Shown: positions 1 through 12,290 of the stretch, one piece after another
Numbering within the stretch: position 1 is the stretch's first letter
How the letters are laid out: every line of letters begins with the position of its first letter
Source: Eledone cirrhosa
Taxonomy: Eukaryota
Direction: 5' to 3'
Length of the DNA stretch: 64,000 bases
NCBI GenBank assembly: GCA_964016885.1
Contig: CAXHJY010000928.1
Span: 248,001 to 312,000 of the forward strand
Notes under the pieces: generated by a model
Told to the model about the DNA's origin: nothing
Databases searched by the model: none
Seen by the model: only the letters and a program-made list of their open reading frames with translations
Made by a program: the position numbers and the translations under genes

Positions 1-160
1 TGGATTGACAACTGTGAAGTTTGATTCTCTGACCAAGCAATGTGTTGTATTCTTGAGCAAGATACTTTATTTCATGTTGCTCCAATTTACTCAGCTGTAG
101 AAATGAGTTGTGACATCACTGGTGCCAAGCTGTATCAGCCTTCACCTTTCCCTTGGACAT
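1..160 (+). mobile_element. CORE-type tRNA-derived SINE, truncated at the window edge
   Basis: TCTTGAGCAAGATACTTTATTTCATGTTGCTCCAATTTACTCAGCTGTAGAAATGAG matches the copies at 30931 and 55413 and resembles the MIR/CORE motif. Its 3' segment recurs at about 232-281 and 717-770. Confidence 0.7.
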
Positions 161-379
161 CATATATTGTAGATATATAGAGTTTATAGTGTATATATAG
201 CAGATATATAGAGTATATATACAGAATATGTTGTTATATCACTGGTGTCAGCTGTATCAGACTTTGCCTTTTCCTTGGACAATATCATATATAGTAGATA
301 CAAACTTAAACCTACAGTCAGTAGGTTAACCCAATATACACCCCACCTCATAACCCCTACTCCATCCTCCCACACCACC

Positions 380-697
380 CTTTCTCTGTAAAGTTACGTT
401 GGTACCACAGAACATCCAACCTACACTGTAAAGTGGTTGTGTAGGTGTCATGACAAAAAGCACCCAGTCCACACTGTAAAGTGGTCATGTAGGTGACACG
501 GTAAAAAGGCTCCTAGTCCATACTGTAAATGTGGTTAGTGTTAGGAAGGGCATCCAGCTGTAGAATTACTAGCCAGAAACATTTCTGTATGAGTGAGACA
601 TGGTCACCCAACCAATCTTGCCTCAAGTGGGACAAACCCATCTAACCCATTCTAGCGTGGAAGATAGACGTTAAACAATGGTGATGATGATGATGAT
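380..697 (+). mobile_element. RTE 3' UTR/tail fragment ending in (GAT)n
   Basis: CACACTGTAAAGTGG modules, GTTAGGAAGGGCATCCAGCTGTAGAA and AACCCAT...GACGTTAAAC(GAT)n are shared with the 3' ends of the RTE copies at 3781 and 61418. Confidence 0.8.
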
Positions 698-1033
698 ATA
701 TATATATATATATATTAGTTGCAACATCACTGGTGCCAAGCTGTATCAACCTTCACCTTTCCCTTGAACAACATCAGTGACATAGAGAAGGGTATGTACA
801 GGTGACTGCTGATCTTCCACACCTTGCCTGGGCATGTATGGGGAAATTTCTAGGTGCAAAATCCATTGTCATTTGTGACCGATGGGGTTCGTCAACCTTT
901 GGTCACTACACAGGACTGGACTATTGCCAACATTTAACCAATCAAACTATTTTTCAGTTGTTGTCCTATTAAGTCCATTAATCATGACATGTTCTTGTAT
1001 CTGCTTACTGTTGAATGTCATGTTGGAAAATAA

Positions 1034-1805
1034 GTGTGTGTGTGTATATATGTGTGTAGGAGTGTGGGTGTATGTGTGTATAGGAATGTTGGTAGGTGTG
1101 TTTGCGTATGTGTATAAGCAGGCGTGTGTATGTCTGTGTATAGAAGTGTGTGTGTGGGGGGGGGGGTCATATAAGCAGGTGTGTGTGTATAGGAGTGTGT
1201 AGGTGTTTGTGTATGTGTGTAGTGAGGTGTATGTGTATAGGCAGGTTTGTGTGTGTGTGTTTATATGTTTATATGTGTATGTATGTATGTGTATGTATAA
1301 GTGGATTTTGTGCATGTGTGTAATGATGTGCATATATGTATGTATGTGCATGTGTGGGTGTGTATCGGTGTGTTTATGTGTATAAATGTGTGCATCTGTG
1401 TGTGCATGTGTATGTGCAACTGTATGTATTAATGTATGAATGTGCATGTGTGTGTATATGAGTATGCACGTATGTATATGTAAGTGGATGTATGTGTATG
1501 AGTATATGTTTGTGTCTATGTATGTGCATATGTGCATGTATATGTATGTTCATGTATGCGTGTGTGTATGTGCGCATGTGCTTGTGTTTATGAATGTGTA
1601 TGTGCATGTGTGTATATGCGAGTGTGTGTGTGTGCATGTTCATGTGTGTATATGTATGTATGTGCACCTGTATATGTGAATGTATGTGCATGTGTGTGTG
1701 TGTATGAATGTGCATGCATGTATATGTATGTGCATATGTGTGTGTATGTATGTGTATATATGTATGTATTTGCAAGTGTGTGTATATGTGTGAATGTATG
1801 TGTAT
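1034..1805. repeat. Degenerate (TG/TA)n low-complexity tract
   Basis: Directly visible; the overlapping His/Thr/Val/Cys-rich ORFs are artefacts. Confidence 0.95.
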
Positions 1806-2079
1806 GATGGTTGTGGTGCTGTACAACAACCACAACTCAATGTAATTTTCCCACAACCATTAATGTAAAACACTAAAATAAACAATTTCGATTTTAATAA
1901 ATCTAATATTTGCATTTTATAGAAATTATTTCCTTCCCTTATTTTATAACTAACCCCGTGAAATACTTAAAGTCTGAGTCACTATTAAAGAACAGTTGGA
2001 ATTCCAATGTTTCAGATGGTGTGGTTATGTTTTAAAGAAATGTTCTTAATAATTCAGATGTTTAGAATGTATATATATA

Positions 2080-2118
<39 letters not shown>

Positions 2119-2214
2119 TTTAGTACAGCATTAATGAAACTTTAGATTGCGGCCAAGCTAATGAATGCAAATTTGATATGTAGCTTTAGCACTCGGATGG
2201 GGAAAAGAACCCCA

Positions 2215-3215
2215 GAGTAATAATAATACGTTTAGACAGCTTAGCAAATCAAATATAGCGATCGGCAGTCCAGCCGCATCACCAGAGCAACGAAAATACA
2301 GGACTCAGGAAAAGATATACAGGAGGTATACATCTGAGAGTGGTGACTAATCTCTCAGAGGCTGAGGTCACAAGAGCAGTTAAAGAGCTCAAATGTGGCA
2401 AAGCCACAGGGGAAGATGAAATCTGGCCTGAGATATTAAAAGCCTTAAATAGAGAAAGTATTCTCTGGTGTTGGGTGGCCTGGATCTCTGAAAGGGCACG
2501 TAACTAATGGCAATTGGGAGTGATAATCCCAATTTTCAAAAAGGGAGACAAGAAAGATTGTTCCAATTACAGAGGGATCTCATTATTAAGCCTTCCCAGT
2601 AAAGTCTATGTAAGTGTCTGGCAAAGATGCAGGGAGATTGTCGAGTGCAGACAAACAGTGTGGTTTTTGACAGAAGGTGGTCTTTGACTTGCACTTGATA
2701 AGTTTGATACTAAGTGCTGAATGACTTGAAAATCAATGCTGTGAAACCTAAGACACTTGTCCACTTAATGTGAATGGAGTTCCACTGAATCAGTTCAAGT
2801 ATCTTAGGACCATGTTCACGAGTGATGGAAGGTAGGAGACTGCTGCATTAATGTGCCATTCAGTAATCAGAAGAAGTGAGGTAAGTGTAAAAGCTAAACT
2901 TGCTGTCTTCAATTCATGCCAATCCTTACCTATGGTCATGAATTTTAGGCAATGACCAAAAGAATACGATCGTGAATACAAGCAGCCATAATAGAGTTCG
3001 TCCAAAGGGTGTTTAGAGTAACGTTACTCGATAGAGTACATAGCTCAGATATCAGAGAGTCACTCCAGGTAGAGTTGCTACTTCTCTGATTTGAGAATTT
3101 CTCAGGAAAGAATTGTAGGACAGATTTTATGGGCAAAACCAAGCGGCAGGAGAACCAGGGGTAGACCCCGAGCAAGATGGTTGGACAACATCCATGAGCT
3201 TGGCTGCTCTCACTG
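2215..3215 (+). mobile_element. Degraded RTE-clade LINE (family C), RT to 3' end, with internal deletions
   Basis: Reads CGKATGEDEI-PEILK, IPIFKKGDKKDCSNYRGISLL, FKYLG and GRPRARWLDNI; the same family occurs at 30140 and 35165. Confidence 0.75.
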
Positions 3216-3251
3216 AAAAGTTTTTATGAAATTTCCTTTTTTATAGGTTTT

Positions 3252-3312
3252 ACCGTCTGATGAGCTCAAGCTATCATAACTGATAGTCCTCAGCAAAATA
3301 TGTATAATAGAG
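3252..3312 (+). ncRNA. Degenerate minimal hammerhead ribozyme in a PLE pseudo-LTR remnant
   Basis: CTGATGA-GCT...CTATCA taac TGATAG...AGC-(A)AAA-TATGTATA; same stem III sequence as the 55966 motif, but GAAA is mutated to AAAA. Confidence 0.45.
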
Positions 3313-3635
3313 TTTTAAATAAACCTGAACTAACTGAATATGGCCTATCTTTTATTGATATATAATACTCTGGCTTGCACCTTTATACAGCTCGTTGAGT
3401 GCTTCCTTTTATCTACTTCACAACCGATAGACCTTAATGTGGTCCACACATCCCTGTTCTCTTAACTCCATACTATATGTGTGTGTGTGTGTGTGTAAAA
3501 TGGTGATGATGATGATGGTGATATATATATATATCATCATCACCATTTTACGTCCATTTCTCCACGCTAGCATGGGTTATATCTATATATATATACATGG
3601 GTTATATATACATACATATATATATACATACATAC

Positions 3636-3668
<33 letters not shown>

Positions 3669-3780
3669 CATGGGTTATATATACATATATATATATATAT
3701 ATATACATGGGCTATATATACATACATACATATATATATATCTGGTGATTCTATAGACATGTTTTATGATATATATATAT

Positions 3781-6700
3781 CATCATCATCGTTTAACGTC
3801 CATGTTCCACGCTTGCATGGGTTTGGACGGGAATTGTCCCACTTGAGGCAAGAGTGGTTGTCTTGCTCGCATAGGACCGTCTGGCAGGTTTTCTACAGCT
3901 GGGTGTCCTTCCTAACACCAACCACATTTACAGTGTGGGTCTGGGAGGTTTTTACCGTGTTGCCTACACGGCCACATTACAGTGTGGACTGTGTTTTTTT
4001 TTGTCGTGACACCTACACGACCTCATTTGTTTCGGCCTGGATGTTGTGGTACCAACATAACTTTACATTGAAAGGGGCGGTGTGGATGGGGGTGTGTGTG
4101 TGTGTGTGGGGGGGGGGGTTAGAGATGCCTACTGACTGTAGTAGCTTTTACTTTGTATTCAGGTAAGGCGGGTCTTCTCTATTACTGAGTACCGCCAAAG
4201 ATCTCGGTCCAGTGACATTGTCTTGGAGAGGTGTAAGTGTGTGAGGTCGGAATTTATCAGGTCGTCCCAGGTTTTTCTGGGTCTGCCTACTCCGTGGCTA
4301 CCGTCTATTTTTATTGCCCTGCACTTTGTTATACAGCTGTCGTCTTTCATGCGCATCACGTGTCCATACCAACGTAGCCTTCTCTCGAGTAAACAACATC
4401 TGATCCCTCTTATTTCTAATTTTTCCCTTAGTTCGTTTATGCTTTGCCGTTAGTGTATATTACTATTACACATCCAGCGGAGCATGCAAGCTTCGTTCCT
4501 CTCTAGTCTGCATATATCCTCTGCACACAATGCCCAGGTCTCACTGCCATGCAACATTGCTGTTCGTATGCAGGCATCATACAGCCTGCCTTTCATTTTT
4601 AGGGAGAACCCTTTAGCGGCTAATAGTGGTATAAGCTCTCTGAACTTTTTCCATCCAGTTCTGACTCTAGCTACTGTACTTTCAGAGCACCCTCCTCCAC
4701 TGCTGATTTTGTGACCCAGGTAACGGAAGCTGTCCACTATTTCTATAGAACCCTCTGCGCAATTGAAAGAGCTAGTATTTTGTGGGCACTTGCTGCTACT
4801 TATTGCACCAGAGCACCGGCCACATGTAAAATCTATGTTCTTAGTTAGCTTACATGTGATCCCACTACATCTTTTATGCACCCATACTTTGCATTTAGGA
4901 CATAAAATGGAGTTTCTACCTACGCCTTTCCTACACACTGAGCATGGCCATTTCCCGGAAGGGACCGGCGCCTTATTTTCTTTCCTACAAACTAGAACTT
5001 TAGTCTTAGTCAGGTTAATTTTAAGGCCTTTTGATTCTAGGCCGTGCTTCCATGTTTGGAATTTCTTCTCTAGCTCGGCCATTGATTCAGCTATGAGCGT
5101 TAGATCATCTGCGTATAGGAGTTCCCATGGGCAGCTGGTCTTGAACTCCACTGTTATAGCCTGTAGGGCAATAATAAATAGTAGGGGGCTAAGAACAGAG
5201 CCCTGATGAACACCAACTTTTACGCTAAACTCTTTACTATATTCGTTGTTAATTCTAACCTTGCTGACTGTTTCTTTATACATGGCTTGTATAGCTCTCA
5301 CAAGCCATTCATCAACACCTAGTTTTCTAAGATAATGGAACGGGGGATTCTGTCGAGGGCTTTCTCCAAGTCGACAAAAGCTAAGTATAGGGGTTTACTT
5401 TTAGCTAGGTACTTCTCCTGTAGTTGTACAATGAAAAGAGCGTCTGTGGTACTTTTGCCTGACACAAACCCGAACTGCATTTCATCTAGATCAATTCTCT
5501 CTCTGATCAGTTGCACTATTACTTTTTCCGTGACCTTCATGACCTGGTCGATTAATTTAATGTCTCTATAGTTACTCCTATCTAGGGCGTCTCCTTTACC
5601 CTTGTAACAGTTAATGATGATGCTGCTACGCCAGTCCTTCGGAACAACCCCATTCTGTATGACTTGGTTTACTATCCGGGTGACCATGGTGTGTCCCACC
5701 GTTCCAGAGGCTTTCAGCATCTCAGCAACTATTTCCGAAGGCCCAGCCGCCTTACCCGTCTTCATATCTTTGATTGCCTTACTTATTATACTACCTTCAA
5801 CTAACACTGCTGGTCCCTCTATTGGATCGATCTGGGGGAGACTATCCTTCTCCCATTTATTCTCCTCATTTAGTAGCCTTTCGTAGTGACACTTCCAAGC
5901 TACCTTCTTATCAGTGTCAGTGATGGCAAGTACGCCATCATCATTTAGTACACACTTCTCCCGGACAATATCACGGTTTTCCTTGACACATTGCCTAGCA
6001 CGTTTTGGTCCTGAACTTTCTTTCCTCTGCTTCCCTTCTTGCGAAGTACACTTGTCTCCTAGCTTCCCTCCTGGCCACTTGATAGTCTTCTCTACTTCCC
6101 CCATCCCGCCATACTTTCCAAGCCTGCTTTTTGGCCTTAATCGACTCCTCCACCTTACTGTTCCACCACCATGTTACTCTCCTCCTGCCTATAGGCCTGC
6201 TCCGGCCACAGACTTCGTCTGCTGCCATCAGCAGGTTTGCTTTCAGGAATTCCCACTGTTCCTCTATATTGTACGACTCTAAATGCTCTTCCTTACTGTC
6301 AAAAGCATCAAGTAATATGCTTTGAAATTTATTTCTGGCTGTGGGGTCCTTTAGCTTCCATATTTTTCTCCTGAGGATAATCCTCTTCTGCTGTTGGGTA
6401 CGTCTCGTCCTGACTATGAGGTCGCTAATTATCAGTCTATGTTGGGAGGTGCATTCTTCGTGGAGGAGGGATTTAGTGTTTACAACAGACACTCTGTCAC
6501 GTCTTCTGGTAAGGATATAATCTACCTGGCTGGTATGTTCCCCTGATCTGTAGGTGATCAAGTGATTGTCTCGTTTTTTGAAGTTAGTGTTACAGATTGT
6601 TAGGTTATTTGCGTCACAGAATTCCAGGATTCTGGAGCCTTCCTCATTTCTAGTACCAAACCCATAGCCTCCGTGGATTCCATCATAGCCGTCACAATGT

Positions 6701-7125
6701 TGTCCAACGTGACCATTTAGGTCACCAGCAATAATTATATAGTCACTGTCGGTTATTTGGAAGGTAGTGAGCATCAGTGTCTCATAGAAAGTGTCTTTTA
6801 TAGCGCCAGGCAGTCCGGATTGTGGCGCATACGCAGATATTATCGTCACAGTAGTTCTATTTAGAACAAGTCTTATTTTAATTATTCTGTCGTTTACTCT
6901 ATTTACGTCTATTATCTTATCCACCCATTTTTCTGCTAACATGATTCCTACCCCACCCAGCCCATTGTCATTTCCCACCCAGAAAAGCTTATAGCATCGT
7001 TTTTTACCCACAATGAATCTAGCAGACCCGCCCCTCCACCTGGTCTCTTGGATACAGCAGACATCAACCTCCTTACGTTCAAGCATTTCTACAACCTCGT
7101 TAGAGTGGCCTTTTAAGGTCCCTAC
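3781..7125 (-). mobile_element. RTE-clade LINE (subfamily A), near-complete ORF: APE endonuclease, RT and PHD finger; frameshifted
   Basis: ORFs 5995-7131 (IQETRW, GDLNGH, SQHR), 5319-6104 (YKGKGD, FVDLEKA) and 4450-5301 ([14 protein letters not shown]); (GAT)n tail at 3781. Confidence 0.95.
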
Positions 7126-7391
7126 ATACATGGGTTATATATACATACATACATATATATATATATATACATATTTTCTCCCTCTCCTTTTTTCCCCCAA
7201 TAACTTCCTTTGGTTATTGACTCACTGGAGCTAGACATATTGTCTTTAATGCGAAGAAATGTTCATGATCTCCAGCAGACAACTGATGATGGGAATGTCC
7301 CCGTTTGTGCTTTCCTCTTATTTCTAAATACACTTTATCAAGTAACCACACAGCTCCTTGTTTCTTCTCTCTCTCTCTCTCTCTCTCTCTA

Positions 7392-7765
7392 TCATCATCA
7401 TCGATTAACGTCTATCTTCAGATGGGTTAGATGGGTTTGTCCCATTTAGAGGCAAGTTCGATCAGGTGACTGTGTCTTGCTCATATAGGAGTGTTTCTGG
7501 CTGGGTATTTTACAACTAGATGCCCTTCCTAATGCCAACCATATTGACAGTGTGGACTGGGTGCTTCATGTTGTGACATCAACATGATCACTTTACAGAG
7601 TGGACTGGATGTTTTGTGTTACCAGCATAATATACCCTATTGCCAACCACATTTACCATGTCTGCTGGGTGCTTTTTGTCGTGTCTCCTACATGACCACA
7701 TAACAGTGTGGACTAGGCACTTTTTGTCATGACACCGACACGACCACTTTACAGTGGAGCCTGGG
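7392..7765 (-). mobile_element. RTE 3' UTR/tail fragment
   Basis: (CAT)n tail, TGCCCTTCCTAATGCCAACC and repeated CACTTTACAGTG modules. Confidence 0.75.
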
Positions 7766-7767
7766 CA

Positions 7768-8152
7768 AGGTATCATGTAACCTAGTACAATCTGTGCATG
7801 GTCGAGTCGTTGGCGACTTCCGGCAACCCCACCAAACTTGCTTGAGGAGGAGGAGGATTTTGGACACACTGTGGGATGAAGGGCGGAGGAATTCAGGAGA
7901 GTCAACGACCATCCAATAAAGTCTTTTTTTTTTGTGGAACGAGTGACTCCTAGTGTTCATTAAGACATCTCTCTAAGAGAAGGTAACTCTGATATAAAAC
8001 CTGTGACTTTGTTTGTATCCAATAATGTAGACCAGTTCTTCTTTATGGGTAAATACATTTGATGTTCAGAGAGTGGGATTGGCTCCTTGTAAATCTTTCC
8101 TCACTTAAAATAGCTTCAAGTGCAAATTTCTGCAATGCATGGCATTGCTGGC
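7768..8152 (+). repeat. Dispersed repeat, probably the 5' UTR of an RTE-type element or a non-autonomous derivative
   Basis: Homologous to 18350-18760 and 18870-19320 (GGTAACATGTAACCCAGTACAA...GGCAACCCCACCAA...TAAGAGAAGG-AACTCTGA...AAAACC...CAGAGAGTGGGATTGG). Confidence 0.6.
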
Positions 8153-8153
8153 A

Positions 8154-8581
8154 ATAGAGAAAAGGTGGAATTGGAAATAACACGGAAAATATATTTAAGG
8201 ATCTGCTTTTCTTTTTTTCTTCTTTGATTCGTCAAAGTGACATTATTGAAAAAGTAACAGGGACAATTCTTTTTAAAAAAAAGTTTTAAAATCTATATAA
8301 AATTTAACCGGTTAAACAGGACAACCCATGTAACCCATGTTCCGTGGAAGAATGGACGTAAAACGGTGATGATGATGATGTAATACTCAACATTTGATAA
8401 GATGGATTTCACTGATATATCGAAACCGGTTATATTTTATATAGATTTTTAAATTCTTTTTTTAAAAAGAATTGTCCCTCTCATTTTTTCAATAATGTCA
8501 CTTTGACAAATCAAAGAAGAAAAGAAAAACAGAACCTTAAATATATTTTCCGTGCTATTTCCAATTCCACCTTTTCTCTAT
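8154..8581. repeat. About 160-bp inverted repeat (8154-8313 / 8424-8581), probably inverted PLE pseudo-LTRs; an RTE tail lies in the spacer
   Basis: The arms are reverse complements by eye. The spacer ends in the hammerhead-like TTGATAA-GATGGAT..ATATATC-GAAA-CCGG-TT. Confidence 0.8.
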
Positions 8582-8855
8582 AACCCCTGTTTTGTATAGA
8601 ACCTTACTCCCTTTTCAAATACACACACGCACACACACACATATTTATTAAAATAACAGATTAAAGTTTAAGCAAAGAATCGCTGCTTTCACCCTTAACG
8701 GGATCTTCTGAAACTAAAAAAATCAATCTGTGAACGCAGAAGTAAATATTTCGAAAAACGTTACAACCGAAGGAAGACAGGAAGACGATTTATTTATTTC
8801 TATTTTACTTTCACTTCCACCTCTATTAGTATTCCTCTAGAGTTATATTAAAGTG

Positions 8856-11800
8856 TCATCATCATCATCATCACCGTTTTACGTCCATTCTTTCATGCTA
8901 GCATGGGTTAGACGGATTGTCCTGTTGTGGGCAATGTCTGGTCAGGTGACCTTATCTTGTTCTTACGGGAACTGATTCTGGCTTGATTTCTACAGCTGGA
9001 TGCCCTTCCTAACACCAACCTCATTTACAGTGACTGCTAGGTGTTTTTTTTCTCCGTGGCACCTACACGTCCACTTTACAGTGGGAAGGGATGGGGGCAT
9101 ATTGTCTATATGCTTCAGCTTCGGCTTGTACCCATGGGGGGGTCTTCTACATTACTGTGTGACGCCAGAGGTCACATTCGTGTGCCATCACCTTTGAAAG
9201 GTGTAGTTGGGTAAGGTCGGCTTTTATCACCTCATCCCAGGTCTTGGGTCGCCCCACTCCAAGGTTTCCATCGACTTCTAGTGTTCTGCACCTTTTTATG
9301 CAGCTGTCATCCTTCATACACATCACATGTCCATACCAACACAACCTCCTGCACACAGCATTTGATTCCTCTTATGCTCAGTCTCTCTTTCTCAATTCGT
9401 TTATGCTTTGCCGTTCGCGTATATTACTATTACACATCCATCGGAGCATGCAAGCTTCATTTCTTTCTAATCTCCGCAAGTCTTCTCCACACGATGCCCA
9501 GGTCTCACTAACATGTAACATTGCTGTTCGTATACACGCATCATACAGTCTGCCTTTCATTTTGAGGGAGAAGCCTTTTGCAGCTAGCAGTGGCAGTAGC
9601 TTCCTGAACTTCTTCCATCCTGTTCTTACCCTGGCTACTATACTTTCTGAACACCCACCTCCGCTGCTAATTCGGTCACCTAGGTAGCAGAAGCTGTCTA
9701 CTGTTTCTACAGAGCCCTCCCAGAGTTTGGTAGTGCTTGTTTCCTGCAGCTGTTTGCTGCTTACTGTCCCAGTGCAACTGCTATATCTAAAGCCTACTTT
9801 CTTAGCTAAACTTCCTGAGATCCCACTATATCTCTTGTGTACCCAAAGTTTGCATTTTGGGCAGAGGATGGAGTTCCTACCTATACCTTTCCTACATACT
9901 GAGTAAGGCCATTTTCCTGAAGGGATCAGGGCTCTGTTTTCTTGTCTAATTACATGGACCTTGGTCTTTGTCAGGTTGACTTTGAGACCCCTTCTTTCTA
10001 GGCCCTGCTTCCATGTTTGGAATTTCTTTAGTTCCACCATAGATTCAGCTATAAGTGTAAGATCATCCACATACAGGAGTTCCCATGGGCATCCTGTCTT
10101 AAACTTCTGTTATTGCCTGCAATACTATAATTAACAGGAGAGGGTTAAGAACAGAGCCCTGGTGGAGACCAACCTGTATGCTAAATTCCTCGCTATAGTC
10201 ATTGTTAACCCTAATTTTGCTGACTGCTCCCCTATACATGGCTTGTACAGCTTTCACAAGCCATTCATCTACTCACAGTTTTCTAAGAGCCCACCAGATT
10301 ATAGCACAGGGGACTCTGTCAAAGGCTTTCTCGAGATCGACAAATGCCAGGTAGAGTGGCTTACTTTTAGCTAGGTACTTTTCCTGTAACTGCCTCACAA
10401 GGAAGAGGGCATCAGTGGTGCCTCTTCCTGGTACAAACCCCAATTGCATCTCATCTAGTTTCACCCGGTCCCTAATCAACTGTGCTATAACTCTTTCTGT
10501 GACTTTCATGACCTGGTCCATCAGCTTTATACATCTATAGTTTCCTCTATCGAGTGCATCACTTTTACCTTTGTAGCAGTTGACAATGATGCTGCTGCAC
10601 CAATCCTTTGGTATGACACCTTCTAGTATTACTAGTTAACAATACATGTGGCTATGGTGTGACCTACCGACCCAGATGCCTTCAGCATCTCGGCAGCTAT
10701 TCCCAGTCACCATATCTTTAATTGCCTTACTTACTACACTGCTGCTGACTTGTACTGTTGGCCCCTCTATAGGGTCTACTTGGGGTAGGGTCTCTTTTTC
10801 CCATGCATTCTCTTCATTTAGAAATCTTTAATAATGGCTCTTCCACGCAGCTTTCTTCTCAGCACTTGTGAGGGTAAGCTCACCTTTATCATTCCAGACA
10901 CACTTCTCTCCAATGACATCACAATTCTCCCTGACACACTGCCTCCTGTTTCTGGTCCTCAGACTGCAAAATATGCTTGAATTTTCTATCCTCTGCTTCC
11001 CTCCTAGCTAAGTATACTTGTCACCTAGCTTCCCTCCTGGTCTCTATGTAATGTACCCTGTTTCCCCCGTTCCTCCATTCTTTCCATGCCTGTCTCTTGG
11101 CCTTAACTGCCTCATCTACCTTATTGTTCCACCACCAAGTCACTCTCCTCCTCCCCGTGGTCTTGCTCCTACTACAGATCTCATCCGTCGCCTTTAGTAA
11201 GTTATTTTTTAGGAACTCCCAGTGCTCTTCTACATTGAATGTCTCTATCTCTTCTTCCTTACTGTCATAGGCATCGAGTAGGATATCTTTAAATCTGTTC
11301 CTAGCTGAGGGGTCTTTCAGCTTCCAGATTTTTCTTCTCCGGGTTGCCTTCTATTTCCAGGTTTGTCTAGTTCTGACAATGAGGTCGCTGACAACTAAGT
11401 TATGTTGGGAGGTACATTCCTCACCAGGGAAGGCTTTTGTGTTTACAACCAACCATCTGTCACGTCCTCTGATGAGGATAAAATCTATCTGACTAGAATG
11501 CTCCCCTGATCTATAGGTGATCAGATGGTTGTCAGGTTTTCTGAAGTTTGTGTTACATATCGACATGTCATTGGCATTACAGAGCTCTAGATGCCTGAAC
11601 CCTTCTTCATTTCTTGTGCCAACCTCATGGACTCTATAGAAGCCGTCACAGTGTTTGCCTACATGTCTGTTAAAGTCCCCTGCAATGATTAAGAAGTCAT
11701 TATCGTTTGTTAGGGCAGTAGAGTGCATTAGGGACTCGCAAAACCTATCCTTAAGTTCGTCTGGCAACAGAGATTGGGGTGCATAAGCTGATATGATTGT

Positions 11801-12170
11801 AGCAATTGTTTTTATTCAGGACTAGTCTGAGTTTAATGATTCTTGCGTTCACCCTGTTTACTGAGATTACCTTATCTACCCATTTGTCAACTAATAGTAT
11901 ACCTACACCACCCATCTCGTAATTTCCCACCCAGAAAAATTCATAGCACTGATTTTTGGCTACAAGCACTCTAGCGGACTCGCCTCTCCATCTAGTTTCT
12001 TGCACACAACATACATCAATTTCATTTCACTCTAACATCTCTACGTTTTCTCCTGCTCCTACTTTCATTGTGCTTACGTTGATAGTTCAAACTCAGAGTT
12101 TTAGGCATTTGCCATCACTCATGGGAGAGGTGGAATTTTTGTGGGGGAGTGTGTATCCTTCCTGTCTCTG
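8856..12170 (-). mobile_element. RTE-clade LINE (subfamily B), degraded, spanning APE, RT, PHD and tail
   Basis: ORFs 11751-12005 (QETRWRG), 11351-11767 (AGDFN, SQH), 10273-10521 (FVDLEKAFD), 9378-10070 and 9147-9356 (WYGHV, GRP); (GAT)n tail. Confidence 0.92.
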
Positions 12171-12290
12171 AAGTAAAGCTTTGAAAGGACGCTAGGTAAC
12201 TCGTGGATTTATATTCATTTATTTATTCGCGGTTGTTCCATTTATCCTCAGCTCATCCAAACATAACGGTAAACAAGAATACTTTAGTGC

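Noticed and set aside
882-1915. His/Thr- and Val/Cys-rich ORFs (also at 22109-22533, 38312-38966, 59367-59773, 61525-62335)
   Set aside because: Translations of TA/TG microsatellites.
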